Shown here one piece after another: positions 24,958 to 38,921 of a stretch of DNA of 60,774 nt. The stretch spans positions 26,484,781-26,545,554 of the forward strand of contig NC_068993.1 of assembly GCF_001194135.2 (NCBI RefSeq). Direction: 5' to 3'. A model generated the notes under the pieces. It had not been told where the DNA came from. It saw only the letters and a program-made list of their open reading frames with translations, and made no database searches. Both the position numbers and the translations under genes were made by a program. Source of the DNA: Octopus bimaculoides. Its lineage: Eukaryota. Each line of letters opens with the position of its first letter. Within the stretch, counting starts at the first letter, position 1.

Positions 24958-26097
24958 TTAATATTAATTTTGACTTTACTTGGGTCAACTTGTTAAAGTT
25001 CCCTGGAAACAAAGCCACTTAATAAGGTTATTTGACTGCTAGTTGGGAGTTCTATTTGCAAATTTTTTTTAGGTTTTATTCAGCAATGTAACTTGTCATG
25101 AAAGCAGTTCTCACTCCAAATATATGAACAGCAACCTGAAAGTAATTTCCATGGACATTCAAATATATTCCGAACAGGATACCCTGACCAAGCCCCTTTA
25201 CCATGATATTATTATAAGTTTATTGAAACCAAAGGGTAGCATGGCACTTATAATATGCTAGAATAATGAGTAACCTCTAAACATACCTTCATGATGAAGC
25301 ATCAGTTTGTGAGTAGTGAGAGCAATGTACAGCACCTTTTGTTCACTTCAACAGCTTCTAACTTATCAACAAATTCCAATAGCTTGTACTTTTACAAAAC
25401 TGCCCGTCTCTTCAACCTAATGCAGCAATAGGTAACATTATGCAGTGTAGATTATTGGGGGTTGGAAACAGCAATGAAAGAATGTGATATGAGTATGTTA
25501 GATGGAAGTGCTAAATATTAATGTCTTACAATGTAGTATTTTCTAATGTGTTTACATGAAGTCACCTTAAGATAGGTCAACAGATAACTACAATACAAGT
25601 GCAGAAATGGCAGCATGTAACACATACTGATTGTAAAGTTAGTTTATGTGTGTGTGGGTGCATATTTTATACTGATTTTCTTTTACGTGTGGTAAATAAG
25701 ACTAGTATGTTTAGAATTATGAAAACATAGAACTTTATGTCAACATAGTTGGATTAGATATGTGTGTGTATCTGTGTATACACATGTAAGATGAACAAAA
25801 CCTGTAAAGTTCCTCACCAAGGTGCAGGCCTGTGTAACATTTTTATAGAATACCAGCTGGTGTCCATCGTGTAAGTCTTCCCTTTATACTACTACTGGTG
25901 TCACCCAACGAAAGGCAAGGGCAGATATAACTTGACATAATATCACAGACTTTGCCATCAGTGTGTAATGCACAGTAATGAACACTGTCAAATTTCATTT
26001 ATGAACTTCAAATGATTGACAAGCAAAATTGACCATAACAATAAACGATAAGAGTACAGTGTATTGCAACAAGTATTACAAAACATTTCCTACGATG

Positions 26098-26126
26098 CGT
26101 TTGTGTGTGTGTGTATGCGTATATAT

Positions 26127-26225
<99 letters not shown>

Positions 26226-26290
26226 CACACACACACACACACACATATGTATATATATATATATACACACACACACACATACATACATAC
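26098..26290. repeat. Long (TA)n with flanking (CA)n microsatellite
   Basis: Direct. Confidence 0.95.
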
Positions 26291-26291
26291 G

Positions 26292-26439
26292 CACAGGCAT
26301 GGCTCTGTGATAAGAACCACATGGTTCCAGGTTCAGTCCCACTATGTGGCACCATAGGCAAGTGTCTTCTACTATAGCCTCGGGCCAACTAAAGCCTTGT
26401 GGGTGGGTTTGGTAGACGGAAACTGAGAGAAGCCCATCG

Positions 26440-26473
<34 letters not shown>

Positions 26474-26700
26474 CTTGTGTGTCTGTGTTTGTCTCTCCAC
26501 CCCCACCCCACAATCCCTTGACAACTGATGTTGGTGTGTTTACATCCCTGTAATCTAGCGGTTCGGCAAAAGAGACCAATAGAATAAGTACTTAGCTTAC
26601 AAGAATAAGTCGTGGGGAGGGGGGCGATTTGTTCAACTAAATGCGATGCTCCAGCATGGCCGCAGTCAAATGACTGAAGCAACAAAAAAAAAAACAGAAA
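26292..26700 (+). mobile_element. SINE family A, near full length
   Basis: Head, central TA/TG tract and tail GCTCCAGCATGGCCGCAGTCAAATGACTGAA. Confidence 0.88.
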
Positions 26701-27576
26701 AGAAAAGACAGATATATATATATATATATGAATCTCATTCGTTTTAGTCTTTTTTCTGTGTTAGCTCAGCACAAATACAAGCTATTGCTATATTGTTTTA
26801 CAGTTGTATGCCATTCCTGTCACGAACATTTATCTGTGTCTAAAGTGAGGAATTTTTTTATTCTACCTAGAGGACAATTTGCTGATAGTGACAACAGATG
26901 TTATTATTTTTAGGTCAACACTTTCATGCAATGATGCAGAATGCAAACGTCATACACACAATAGGTGTGTGCTCCCATACATTTGTCACATGATATCGAA
27001 GATGATGGGGAAATAGCATAGTCAGAGAATAAGGGCACAATCAAGGGAAGAATGGAAGTGTAATGATGTGCACACAGAGCTTGTGTCTCTTTCACTCCCC
27101 CCAATGTATACAGTCATCGAATGATTGTAAAGTCAGTGTTTACCAAAATAGATTTCTTTTTTCAAAATTTCATGTAACCTACAGACAAAATTTAATTTTT
27201 TTATACAAATCCCTATTTCTAAATCCATAGACATTCTGGTTCGTACACTGCTGATAACACAATGTAATCACAAGCATCATGAAACAATTTGTTCATTGTT
27301 TGTGTGTATTCTTGTTCAAAGACTTCCTTCAGTTTGGTGGCTGTTGCTGGTTTTATGCTGTAAGCTTAATTTTTAAGCATTCCTGTTAAATTATATATAT
27401 GTGTGTGTGTGTGTGTATGTATATATATATATGTGTGTGTGTGTATATGGAGAATTTACGAAAAAACAACAGACGAGGACAGGTGGTGTAAACAAAAGGA
27501 TGTATTAGTTTAATGCTTGGGAATAGAGAAAGGAGAAAAAAATTTAAATGTTGTGGTCAGTGATCTATCATGGTGA

Positions 27577-27629
<53 letters not shown>

Positions 27630-27671
27630 GTACGTATGTGTATATATATATATATATATATNNNNNNNNNN

Positions 27672-27708
<37 letters not shown>

Positions 27709-27713
27709 GTACG

Positions 27714-27753
<40 letters not shown>

Positions 27754-27939
27754 AAACGTTTGGTGGTGTGATGTTTGAACACAGAATGTATTCTACTGAA
27801 TGTCTTTGTTCAGTCTACCTGAGTGGAAAAAATCTCATCAAGGTAAGCTCTGACATAACTATGGTGTGTTCTATCTTACTGGAAATAAGATTCCCTATCT
27901 TCAAAATTTACTTGAATCCTTGGTACGACACCGCGTCAG

Positions 27940-28635
27940 TGTAAGGTGAAGTCAATGGGACCCTTCACAATATCATTGATCCTTTTGATTATAAGGCATA
28001 CCATTGTGTAAGTCTTGACAAATTAACATAATTTTCTTCCTTAATATGCAGATGCTCAGGTATTTAGTAGGTGCAATTGTGATAGTTAATTGAGCCATTT
28101 AATTTAAATATATCCTCATTACTCCAATTGTCTTTGTCAGAAAGTGTGCACCTTCTACACATCTTTACCTATTACCCCTTGGTTCTGTATCATCTTAACC
28201 GAGTGCATGGATTGTTCTTAGTATGTAACTCTTACAATGACAGCACTTCAAAATGTGATGGATGCTTTATTATGAAATTCCTATCTCACAATTCACTTGC
28301 TGCACAAATTCTTTTTTTAACAATGGTAACACATGTCTTTCTTTGGGGCTCATCAATATCCTTAATGTTTTGAAACATTTCTTTTGGACATTCTGAACAG
28401 TTCCATCCCCTTGAAATCTCTCTTTAATTTGAATGATAGTAAGATTCTTTGAAACCACCCTACCAACTGCCTTTACCCTTTGACTGCGTTTTCCAGCTTC
28501 CAGTAGCACTTTGGGACAAATTTCCTTTGTTCAAAGTTTGGTCTGGCTCCTTTCATTATTTCTAATGGGTTAAATCTAAAAAGAAATGAAAATTTAGTGA
28601 GTCATCAGCCATTAAAGTTTGAATACATTTTGGTG
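27940..28635 (-). mobile_element. Decayed Tc1-like transposon, N-terminal part
   Basis: - strand LLEAGKRSQR..IKERFQGDGTVQNVQK..MSPKERHV resembles the Tc1 paired-like HTH; further AHKKPMHS resembles ARKKP; many stops. Confidence 0.45.
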
Positions 28636-28959
28636 TATGTGTGTGTGTGTATACATATGAGTGTTGGATTTCTGCAAGAGCATTTGCTTTGATTGACCTG
28701 TGCAAGTATAGGAAAGTTGACATAAAAACATGTGTATGTATACTATCAGTTATGCATGTTTGTATGTATACATGTATATGTTTGTGTATGTGTACTATGG
28801 TCTTCCTGTTGTTTCTTTTTACTAAATTCTTTCACATGGCTTTGGTCTGTCTGGCGTTCTAGTACAAAACACCACTCAAAGTGCAGCACAATGTTACTAA
28901 ACCCCAAACTATAAGATAGTCAAAATTCATAACAATTCAGGCATTATTTATATTATTTA

Positions 28960-29092
28960 CATTTGACGGATATTTGTCCTCATCTTGTTTGTTGTTAACA
29001 CATTTCCCCAAGACATCTGATGAAGGTTGGTGGGGTATATCAGCCGAAACGTGTTAACAACATGCAAGATGAGGACAAATATCCGTCAAATG
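28960..29092 (+). repeat. 42-bp near-perfect fold-back with a hammerhead-like core in the loop (PLE terminal-repeat derived)
   Basis: 28960-29001 is the reverse complement of 29051-29092 with 2 mismatches; loop has CTGATGA (29017-29023), stem GGTTG/CAGCC and GAAAC (29046-29050). Confidence 0.85.
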
Positions 29093-29997
29093 AAAATAAT
29101 GTACATGATTCCTCATCTCTTAAATATAGAACTGTATCATTCAGGCATTGTGTATATAAAGTGGTATGACTGTATTTATTTATTTATTTATTTATTTTGT
29201 GTGTGTGTCTACTAGCGCTAACCTACTATCTAAACTTAGCCTCTTGATACCAATGCGGAAATGGCTCTGCTCAAAGAATAATAAAATATCTTCTGGTTCT
29301 TGGTTTATATGTTTATATCTCTATGTCAGTGATGTATTTTCTGCATATACTTTGTGCATACATGTAGCTGTTTAGGAAATTTGTATTGGTTTCTGTCTTA
29401 CCCTTTTCCCAGAATCTCCCATGCCTAGATACATCTCCTTTTGAGGAAGGGCCTGCTGTCTTAGTTTGGTAGTGGTTTATATAGCGAGAGNNNNNNNNNN
29501 GGGGGGGGGGCTAATGGAGTAGTGCAGCTGTGCACAAAAATAAAACTATTTTAATTATGTAAAAATGTATATGTATTTGCTTTTATATATGTGTATGTAT
29601 AATGTATGTATGTCTGTATTTATATAAATCAGACGTATATGTATATATTTTTGTATATCTATTCATCACACATTAAAGCATGCACTTTTTCTTTGTGTGT
29701 GTATGTGTTGATGATGAGACATTCTTTAAGTGCCAAAATTTGATGCCTTATCTTCCCTTATAATTTGTGGTTTCTGCATATTTGATAAATGCATTCTTGA
29801 AATCTTGAATATTTGAAATATCAATTCCAACCATGTTTTTAATTTGTAGAATATTCTTGCATATATATATCGCAGTTGTAACCTGTTTTCAGTAATTAAT
29901 ATAAGTTTGAGTTTATTTTCCTATTTCTTGTACAATTTGAACTCTTGTCTTTTATTTTACTGAAACACTCAAATGATCAACATTATTATCACTTATT

Positions 29998-30425
29998 GCA
30001 AGATGGCAGAATTGTTAACAAGCTAGATGAAATGCTTAGCAGTATTTCACCTATCGCTGCGTTCTGAGTTCAAATTCTGCTTAGGTCAACTTTGCCTTTC
30101 ATCTTTTTGGGGTCGATAAAATAAGTACCTGTTTAACACTGGGGTTGGTGTAATTGATTATCCCCCTCCCCCAAATTTCAGGCCTTGTGCCTATAGCAGA
30201 AAGGATTATTATTAAGGTGGCGAGCTGGCAGAATCATTAGCATGCTGGGTGAAATACTTTGCAGTATTTTGTCTACCACAACATTCTGAGTTCAAGTTCT
30301 GCCGAGGTCAACTTTGCCTTTCATCGATAAACTAAGTTCCAGTGAAACATTGGAGTCAATGTGACTAGTCCCCTCCCACCAAATTTGAGGGCTTGTACCT
30401 CCAGTAGAAAGAATCATTATTGTTA
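29998..30425 (+). mobile_element. SINE family B head-to-tail dimer
   Basis: Two ~210-bp units (GGCAGAAT..TTCTGAGTTCAA..GTCAACTTTGCCTTTCATC..AGAAAG(G/A)AT(T/C)ATTATT). Confidence 0.85.
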
Positions 30426-31489
30426 TTGTAAATCATTGTGAGAGAAACAGTAAATTGTTGCTGTGATTAAACACTCTACCATTTATCCCAATGATGGAGG
30501 TAGGATGATAAAAGTAGTAGTAAGATTAATTTATTTAACTATATCTACCAGTTGAGATGACTCTACTGTTGTTGCTACTACTGTGGGTATTAAAACATTG
30601 GGCAATACACATATCCTCCATGAACTAAGATTTAATTTTCACTACTACAATTATTACCATTACTATTAGTATTAAGGTTATGGTTAAGTATGTATTTTGT
30701 TTATTTTGGCTTTTTATTTTCTAAGATCATCCCTTTCAGGTTTACTGGCTTTTATTCCTCGACAATCAATAAAATATAGTACCAGTTAAGTACTGACGTG
30801 AATTTCATTGACTAAATTCTGAGCACCAAGTTTTTGGCCATATTCCTCTATTATAATCATTGATATTATTGAAAACATAGTACCACCACACCATTACAAT
30901 TAGATGCAAATTTCTGCCTAGCTCAGTTAAAAACTGGTTCAGTTTTGAGCTGAGGCACTTTTATTTGTGGAAAGTACAAACCTTATACTCTGCAGTCACT
31001 AGTCTTTATTAGAGAGACTGAGTGGAAAAAGAACTGTGTTGGACTGTTTGGTAGTATAAGACTCTTTTGTTGCTGTATGTCCAGCCTTGCCTAAACTATC
31101 AGCTAAAAAGTCAGAGAAATATCAATCCACCTATATTTGAATTATTGGATTTATATAATTCTAAAAGCTATCTTCTATCACTTACATCTGCTTTTGCTCA
31201 TTGATTACACTTCACATTTTTCTCTCCCTCAGGTCAATTCAATATGGTTCACTGTAGAACTCAAAGAATGGGGTAGGGAGGTGGGGGGAAGTCACTTCCT
31301 TCCATGTGTGTTAATTATCAAAATGTATCACTGAAGTCTGTTTTTCACTGCTCTCTGTCAGACATTGTCAAATCTTTTCTATTGAAACAGGTGTTTATTT
31401 TGTTTTTCTTCCTGCTCTTTAGAGATATTGTACAGAGTGGCAAGTTGTACTTAGTATATTTAAGTGTTAATTTAGTCATCATTTAGGTG

Positions 31490-31850
31490 CAAGTGTAGCT
31501 TGTTTTCCAACCATGTGGTTCTAGATTTAGTCCCACTGTGGCACCATGGGTAAGTGTTTTCTGCTATAGTGTTGGGCCAACCAAAATCTTGTGAGTGGAT
31601 TTGGTAGACAGAAACTGAAAGAAACCTGTCGTATGCATGTGTCTGTTTGTCTTCACCACCACTGCTTGACAACTAGTGCTGGTGTGTTTACGTCCCCATA
31701 ACTTAACAGTTCAGCCAAAGTGACCTATAGAATAAGTATCAGGCCTTTAAAAAAAAGGAAGTACTGGTGTCAATACATTTGACTAAAAATTCTTTAAGGT
31801 GGTGCCTCAGCATGGCCACAGTCTAATGACTGAAATGAATAAAAAATAAA
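31490..31850 (+). mobile_element. SINE family A
   Basis: Same body and tail as 26292-26700. Confidence 0.85.
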
Positions 31851-32677
31851 GATTTCTCAGCTGCCACATCATCATGCCCTACTCTAATGAGAGTAAGAAA
31901 CACTCATAGAAACATCTCCCTAATACCTCTCTTCATACTCCTATCTTTAAAAAAATGTACATCAGTTAATATAGTCCTGGGCATGGTCTGATACTTTAGA
32001 TTAGAACATCTTTGATTCAGTCAGAGCTGACTTGTGGCTAAACAATAACCACCATCATTATACTGAAGTGATTGCATCAGTATGGTGTTGTAACATTTTT
32101 CTACAACTGTTTTAAAAGAAACTTTTTTTTTATAAAATGACATTTATATTCTCTCGATACTTCACATTTGTCACAAGCCACAATATAATCACATCTATAC
32201 TATATACTTACTATAAATTGATCGCTTCCAATCGGGTCAATTATTAATTGACTTCTAAATTAAAATGTCCCAGAAAATTGTTAAACAGACCTCAAATCTT
32301 CTGTTGAACAAGAAAATCTGTTTCTAATGCTGTTCTCATTAGCTATGTTTGCAGCTGGGTACACTGATTTTATTTGCTTGCTGTACTAAGTTCACATCTT
32401 TCCATTGTAGATTCTGACCTAACCTCTCAGTACCAGTTACATGAAACTGTTCCTAAATACTTTGGTTATTTTTGATGCAGCTTTAATCTAAATACAACAG
32501 CCATTTCCTATAATATAATGTATAAATGATTAGCATTAATTTAATCTATATTTCTCTGTCACCATACTCTGTCATTAACCCTTTTGTTATCTAATTTCTT
32601 GTTAAACTATATTGCCCTCGTTTCAATTAGTTTTTAAAATGATAGAGAATTTAATGAAATAACTTTGTTATTACTAA

Positions 32678-32893
32678 CTCTTTAGCACTCAGATTATTGT
32701 CAGATGTAATCCTTATTCACATTGTTTTGAATTAATCATGCATTACGTCATAGCTTTGAGATTTCATTGATGTGATAGTTTACTTTTCTAGAATAACATT
32801 GTAGGTAGGTGTGAAAGGCCAGATCTAGTTGGTATGAACATAAAAACAGGTAAAATATTTTGGCTTGATATGGCTGGTTTAGATGCTAAAGGG
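32678..32893 (-). mobile_element. piggyBac-like MITE family 1, opposite orientation to the 23682 copy
   Basis: Termini CTCTTTAGCA / TGCTAAAGGG; internal sequence is the reverse complement of 23682-23891. Confidence 0.72.
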
Positions 32894-35800
32894 TATAAAA
32901 CAAAATTAGAAGGTTTTAACTTAGATCACTTAAAAAAAAAAAGATTATATCATAGAATGATGGGCAGCCTCAGGCAGGTTGGTATCAAAAGGAATAATCA
33001 GCCAATGACAGCCTCTCTGCTAGAAATAATAGCTAATAGGTGGATTAGCTATTAGACTATTTGTCCACCAGCAGCAATTCTAGTTTGCTACAGGTGTTTC
33101 AGTGTGGTTTTACATTGATTCAGTACCTTTAGTTGTTGGTAATGGGTACTGGATAATCTAAAATGGTCTATCTGTAAATACACAGGGGAAAAGCTTATAG
33201 AACACCATGACACTAGAGCTAAGTACTTGTCTGTGCTTCATGTTTTAAGAGATATTTATATTTTACATTAAAGAATGATGTATTTAGGAAAAGTTTTTAA
33301 AGTAAATGTATATAGATAGCTTAGTGGTGGTGGGTATTTTTACTGCTAGCATTTGTAGTTTATCTGTTGATTTAGATTCTGCACTACTTATTATTAGCTG
33401 ACGAGCAGCTGTAATAAATCTCTGGTATATTGTGGTGGCTAGGGTGAGATGAATGATGGAAACAATAGTAGGACATTGTTCCTTTATATTCTACTCTTTC
33501 CAGCAAAATAGGGGAGTCAGTGACGATAATGATAAATAAAAAAAAAAGATCTTTTGTTGCTGCTACAACTGCTACTTCAAAAGCTTTTTTTATTTTAAAG
33601 AACTGTAGTCTCACCATTATTTGGTTTTGGGGAATGGGATGAGGAATAATTTCTAAACAATTGTCTTAACTAGGACTCTTCCCTACTCTCTGCACTCCCC
33701 ATGCTCTTTACTTGAAGTTGTCACTAATTGAAAGCTGAGCTCCAGTATTGCTTCCATTTGACAGTCAAGCACTTTAAGATGACTTCCTTTCACTAAATTC
33801 TGGTTTGAGAAATTAGGACATCTCACCAGTTTTACAGACCTATGTCCAAAATCCACTTAAACATACAGTGACTCATAGGATGCTGTATTCACTGAGGAAA
33901 TGTTTCATAGATAGTCATCTATAGATTATGGTTAAGTAAAATTCTCTGCTACTGGTCAATTTTAAGTATCAGGAAATACACTGCCCTTGTATTCAGTTTT
34001 TATTCAAAATATGAAAGAATTTAATAAAATAACTTTACTAATGTTTCGAACATAAACTAACAAGAAAGTTTGGCATTTTAAATTAGATACCTTTAACAGA
34101 GAAAATTTGTATCATAAAACTGGTAGTAGTTTCAGGTGGTTTGGTGTCATAAGGGTTATGAAATCATGAAACTTAGAAGAAACATGCTTGTATTAATAAT
34201 TACTTTTTACTGTTTTGAAATACAACATAGTTCTTGGGATCTGTCCTTCGGCTGTTTTTCCTCCAGTAATTTATTTTTGCAATTTAAGCAACAAGATGCT
34301 CTATTTTTGACTGATACATTGTAACTTGCTGCCAAAATGAGTAAACCTTGCTTACATCTTTCTACACTAGCCTTGATGTGGGCGAACTAAGTCTTATAAA
34401 AGTCATATCTCTGAGCTGGTTCTGGACTAGGTAGTAAAGAGAAAAGTAGAAGACAAAGATTTTCTGTTAATGATGTAGATATAAAACAGAGCCTGGTAAA
34501 AGTGTTGACAATAAACTGCAACTGAAAATAGGGACTAGAAATCATGTAATTTATTTGTGGAAAAGTACGTTCTTATTTAAATATGTATATGCATGTATAT
34601 ATATATATATATATATAATGCATTTGTTTGGAATATTAAATTCATCTATTATTTTTAGAGAGATTGTTTTTATAGCTGGACTCCCTACTGTTGTCAGTGT
34701 GAGCCGGACATATTGAGGCAAACTGCATTGTGGAATTTTGATGTTTCTATCAGAATAATAATTTAAATTTCACATTTAAAAAGTTTTTGGGAACTAAAGT
34801 ATGAAATTGTAGAAATATTAAATGGATAGCAGAGGATATTAATGGTTACTTTACAAACAATAGGGTGGAGGTGTCACCATACTTTTTCACTCCTGGCACA
34901 CTTTTATGAAGAAAATATTTTGGTACTCTTTGTGTATAAAGTTTAAAATGTTTAGAAACAGAGAAGGTATTTATATGAGGAAGAAGGTGTTTATATATAT
35001 TTTAACCTATATGATATAAATGTAAACCACTGAAAAAAATGAAAATATAATTTTTTTTGTTGTTGTACACTTAATCCTAACAACACACTACTTGGGAGTC
35101 ATTGTACAAATTTGAATTTAAAGTTAGCCTTTACATGGTCTCACTCTTTTGTCACCTTCTTTCTGTTTAATTCTGAAAATAATGAAGTATTTTATTAAAA
35201 TAACTTCATCATTATTAAATTGCTGTTTGAAATATAAATTAACATGAAATTTGGATGGGAGATTTTAATTTAGATACCTTTAGAAGACAATTTATATCAT
35301 GGAACCAAGGGTGGTTTTTGGTAGGTTGGTGTCAAAAGGGTTAATGATTACCATGAATTGGATGTATTCTTGCTACCTCTCACAGAGGGCCTAGGACCAT
35401 TTCTTATTGGCAATGTAAACAGTTAAAGCTCTTTCAACAAGTCTATTTTGTGACTTTAAATGATCATATGAAACATCCTCTAATAAAATTAAGAGTTAAT
35501 AGTACTGTTAAAAGCTTGACTCAAAGAAGTTCTAATTACACTTGCTTGCTTCACATGTGTTTGATACACTGGCTCTCATTGTTGCTAGATATTTATTTTG
35601 TCTCATTTTGCACCAAAGATTTGCTCCTCTATGGCTGGTTTACTGTGGTTACACTTGGATTGTGCAGCAATCTTTTCAATAGACCTGCATTAAAAGCTAT
35701 TCTGTGTAGTTATGGATGTTGTCTTTTTGCTGGAATTGTTGATCTCATTTATAAAATGGATAACACAGTAAAGCTACTTTAGTTTTGGTGAGATGTGTTT

Positions 35801-36169
35801 GAGATACTAGCTGAGTTAAAGGATATATTTCAGGAAATGTTCTAACAATATAAAAAAGTTGATTTGACAACAACTGGAAACAGCACAGTTGTTGCAACAA
35901 ATAAAATTCTGACCTCGTTACAGGTTATATAGAACAATACTGCCACTTCTCTAGAACCACTTATACTGTGGAATAATAGGGAACTATCATTCCCTATGTG
36001 TGTATATGTATCAGGTTGTAACAAAAGTTCTGTTTGCTTTTTCAGCAGAATATTTTAAACAAAATTTAATTAAGCTTAATCTCTAATTGATACTTACCAG
36101 TCTCTAGATGTCCAATGTATCACCATATTCTTTCAGATTCTGTGAAAATCATTTCAAGATTAGCTTTTT

Positions 36170-37111
36170 AATTCAATGCCATGTTTGCTCCAAGTATAGC
36201 AAGTATGCTCTATGAATTTCACAATGCAACTTCTATATAAAACACATGATGATGGCATAGTGTGTGAAAGAACAATAAGAGATGCTTTTCTTGTTTCTTA
36301 GAGGGTGACTTCAATTTAAAGAATGAGCCAATAGGTCATCTAAGTGGACTTGACTTTGACATACTGGAAACAGTTGTTAATGCTAATCTACGCATTGTAA
36401 ATATGGAACTCAGCTGGTAATTCAACTTTTGCTCAATGACACCATTGTAAAATTTGAAGGCTTAGGAAAATATCAAATGATGGAAAGTAGATTCCACACG
36501 ACCTGTCAGCAGAAAAGTGCAAGCAATTTGTTGATTATTGTGCACCATTGCATTACCTCCATCTTCAAATGCTTGAATGTGATAAGTGGATCCTCTCCCA
36601 CAATGTTAAGCAGAAACATCAGTGGCTTCATTGTAGTGGAAGGCCTGCATCCAAAGAAAATTCTTTTGGGTGTATGGTGAGACGTGCTGGGAATCAGTCA
36701 CAACCAAAGTTTACAGTCAACAGTTAAGGTGTTTAAAAAAAATAAGCGTCTTTGAGAAAAAGAAGTTTGTATCTTTATTTTCATCATAATAACCTGACTC
36801 CACATTGCATGAATGACCAAAAATCTTCTGAGGAACTCAACTGGTAACTAATGCTTCATCTATCATATTCTCCGGACTTCACTGCTTCTGATTATCATCT
36901 GTTTAGAGAAGAGTGGTTGAAAATGTATTCTTCTCATATTCCATATTAAAACCAAAAGAAATTATGTGGCATTAAAAACATTGTTAGTAGATAGGATATG
37001 TTCATAGAAAATAATGGTGACTGCACTGAGAACTGAATTGATCTTCATTAGCTACTTTTTTGTTTTATTTGTCTTTGAAGTAATCGGACACAACTTTCAT
37101 TACAACCTTAT
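36170..37111 (+). mobile_element. Decayed mariner (DD34D-type) transposon
   Basis: MLYEFH..GDFNLKNEP; *IPHDLS (WVPHEL-like); GLHPKKILLGVW*D; YSQQL; FHHNN; YSPDFTASDYHLFR; terminal CGGACACAACTTTCATTACAACC-TTA resembling a mariner TIR. Confidence 0.82.
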
Positions 37112-37549
37112 GAATGTATCAAGTATATATGTGTATGTATAGATGCGTATGTATATAAATATGTGTGTGTGTGTGTGTGTGTGTATGTCTGTACGTATCT
37201 ACACGCACACATATACAAATAAATAATATATATAAATGTACAAAATAAATAACTTCAGTGGCCATTCAAAGCATGAACCGTGCAGGCAAGTTTAAAAAAT
37301 ATACTGGAAATGTACTGGAAACCATCAACTTTGCTAGAAGTGGGAGTCAAATGAACTCTGAAGCCACCAAAAGCTCATAGAAACAAGCATGGTGATATGG
37401 TTCTATAAACATATGTTCCTTAATTGAATGTTGTGTTCATTTTACATGCTAGCCAGAGTATAAGAAAAAAAATAAGGTGATAAAATTAATGAAAATGTGT
37501 TTCAAACGAATTTATTTGAATTTTTATATATTTTTTATCGCCTGTATCT

Positions 37550-37802
37550 TTTATATCTTTTACTTGTTTCAGTCATTTGACTGCAGCCATGCTGGGATAC
37601 TGCCTTGAAGAATTTAAGAATTTCAGTTTAGCAAATCGACCGCCAGTCCTTTTGTTTTTGTTTATGCCTGGTACTTATTCTATTGGTCTCTTTTTCTTGA
37701 GGCTTTTGTATAAGACACTTGCCCGAGGTGCTATGCAGTGGGACTGAGCATGGGACCATGTGATTGGGAGGCAAACTTGTTACCACATAGCCATGCCTGC
37801 AC
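37550..37802 (-). mobile_element. SINE family A, internally deleted
   Basis: Reverse complement of tail and head joined. Confidence 0.8.
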
Positions 37803-37821
37803 CTATGTACATATAATGTGC

Positions 37822-37879
<58 letters not shown>

Positions 37880-38878
37880 TAACTGGAAAGCCAGTTATAT
37901 ACACATAAGTTATCTTCAGGTAACTTTATCCTGAGATCTGTTGGTGATATTCTACCCTCAAATACATATCTGATGAAATGGGAGGGGGTCCTGCTTGCCA
38001 GCCATGAGCTCATGTTAAGTTGTGCTGTCTCAAGGGAGAAACATATTAAGGCACAGTCAAGTGCTTACAGAGATCTTCATGCAATTTGTGCTATGAGAAC
38101 AAAAACAAAGCCACTATTGAATCAAGTGATTTTCATTGAACTCACTGAGTTATGTAAATGCAAAATGGAGCATGCCTATACGTATATAGCAGTTTAGCCA
38201 TTAGCCTGAGTGAATCTGGTTTCGAAACATAAGTTCTTGCCATAGAAATAGGAGTGAGGTTTGTAGGCAAATATGCTTGTAATATTATGAAACAGCTCTC
38301 AATTTCTGGGCAAGAGGGAACCAGAGCTCTTAAGGCAATGACAGAAGTGACTGAGAAGAGTTCCAACTGGTTGTGATCAAGAAGCAATGAAAGTGAATCT
38401 CAATAGGCATAATTTACCCTGTGTTCAATTGATATCTTAAACTCAGGTGATTATGACCTACAAAGCACCTTTGTTCTGGGGCACTTTGATTTCCCTCCCC
38501 ACTCGGTGTATAGCAAAGATAGTGTGAAGAGTTAAGTGCTGAAACACTTGCATGAGGTGGGCTCCTTCTCTGGTAACCTGTTCATTTCTACCTATAATTT
38601 CTTACTATTGTGTATGTGTATACATGTATGTATATATGCATATGTACATATGTATCTGTGTGTGTGTATAGATACATGTATGTGTGTATACACTGTATGT
38701 GATATATAACGTGAAGTATATTTGCTACTTAAATGTGGCTAACCACTAAGGGTGGATGCTACTGTAGCTTGTAGCCCCAGGAGGACAACTGCTCCAGCTG
38801 GCTATTGACACACTTTCTGTGCCCTATCACTATTTGCAAAGGGAAGCCATCCTTCCTGTCTTCAACCTGATGTGATAT

Positions 38879-38921
38879 GCACAGACCCAGGTTTCTAGGT
38901 ATTTACCCGTCATCAGCACAC
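38879..38921 (-). ncRNA. Degenerate hammerhead-like core within a repeat
   Basis: - strand GTGTG-CTGATGA-CGGGTAAATACCTA-GAAAC-CTGG-GTC-TGTGC; stems I and II rely on wobbles or mismatches. Confidence 0.45.

Noticed and set aside
35836-35923. AG..GT-bounded segment reading DLTTTGNSTVVATNKILTSLQ
   Set aside because: All three frames from the acceptor contain stops; at best a non-coding exon with no support.
38207-38240. CTGAGTGA..TTCGAAACATAAGTTC
   Set aside because: There is an extra base in the core and no stem II.
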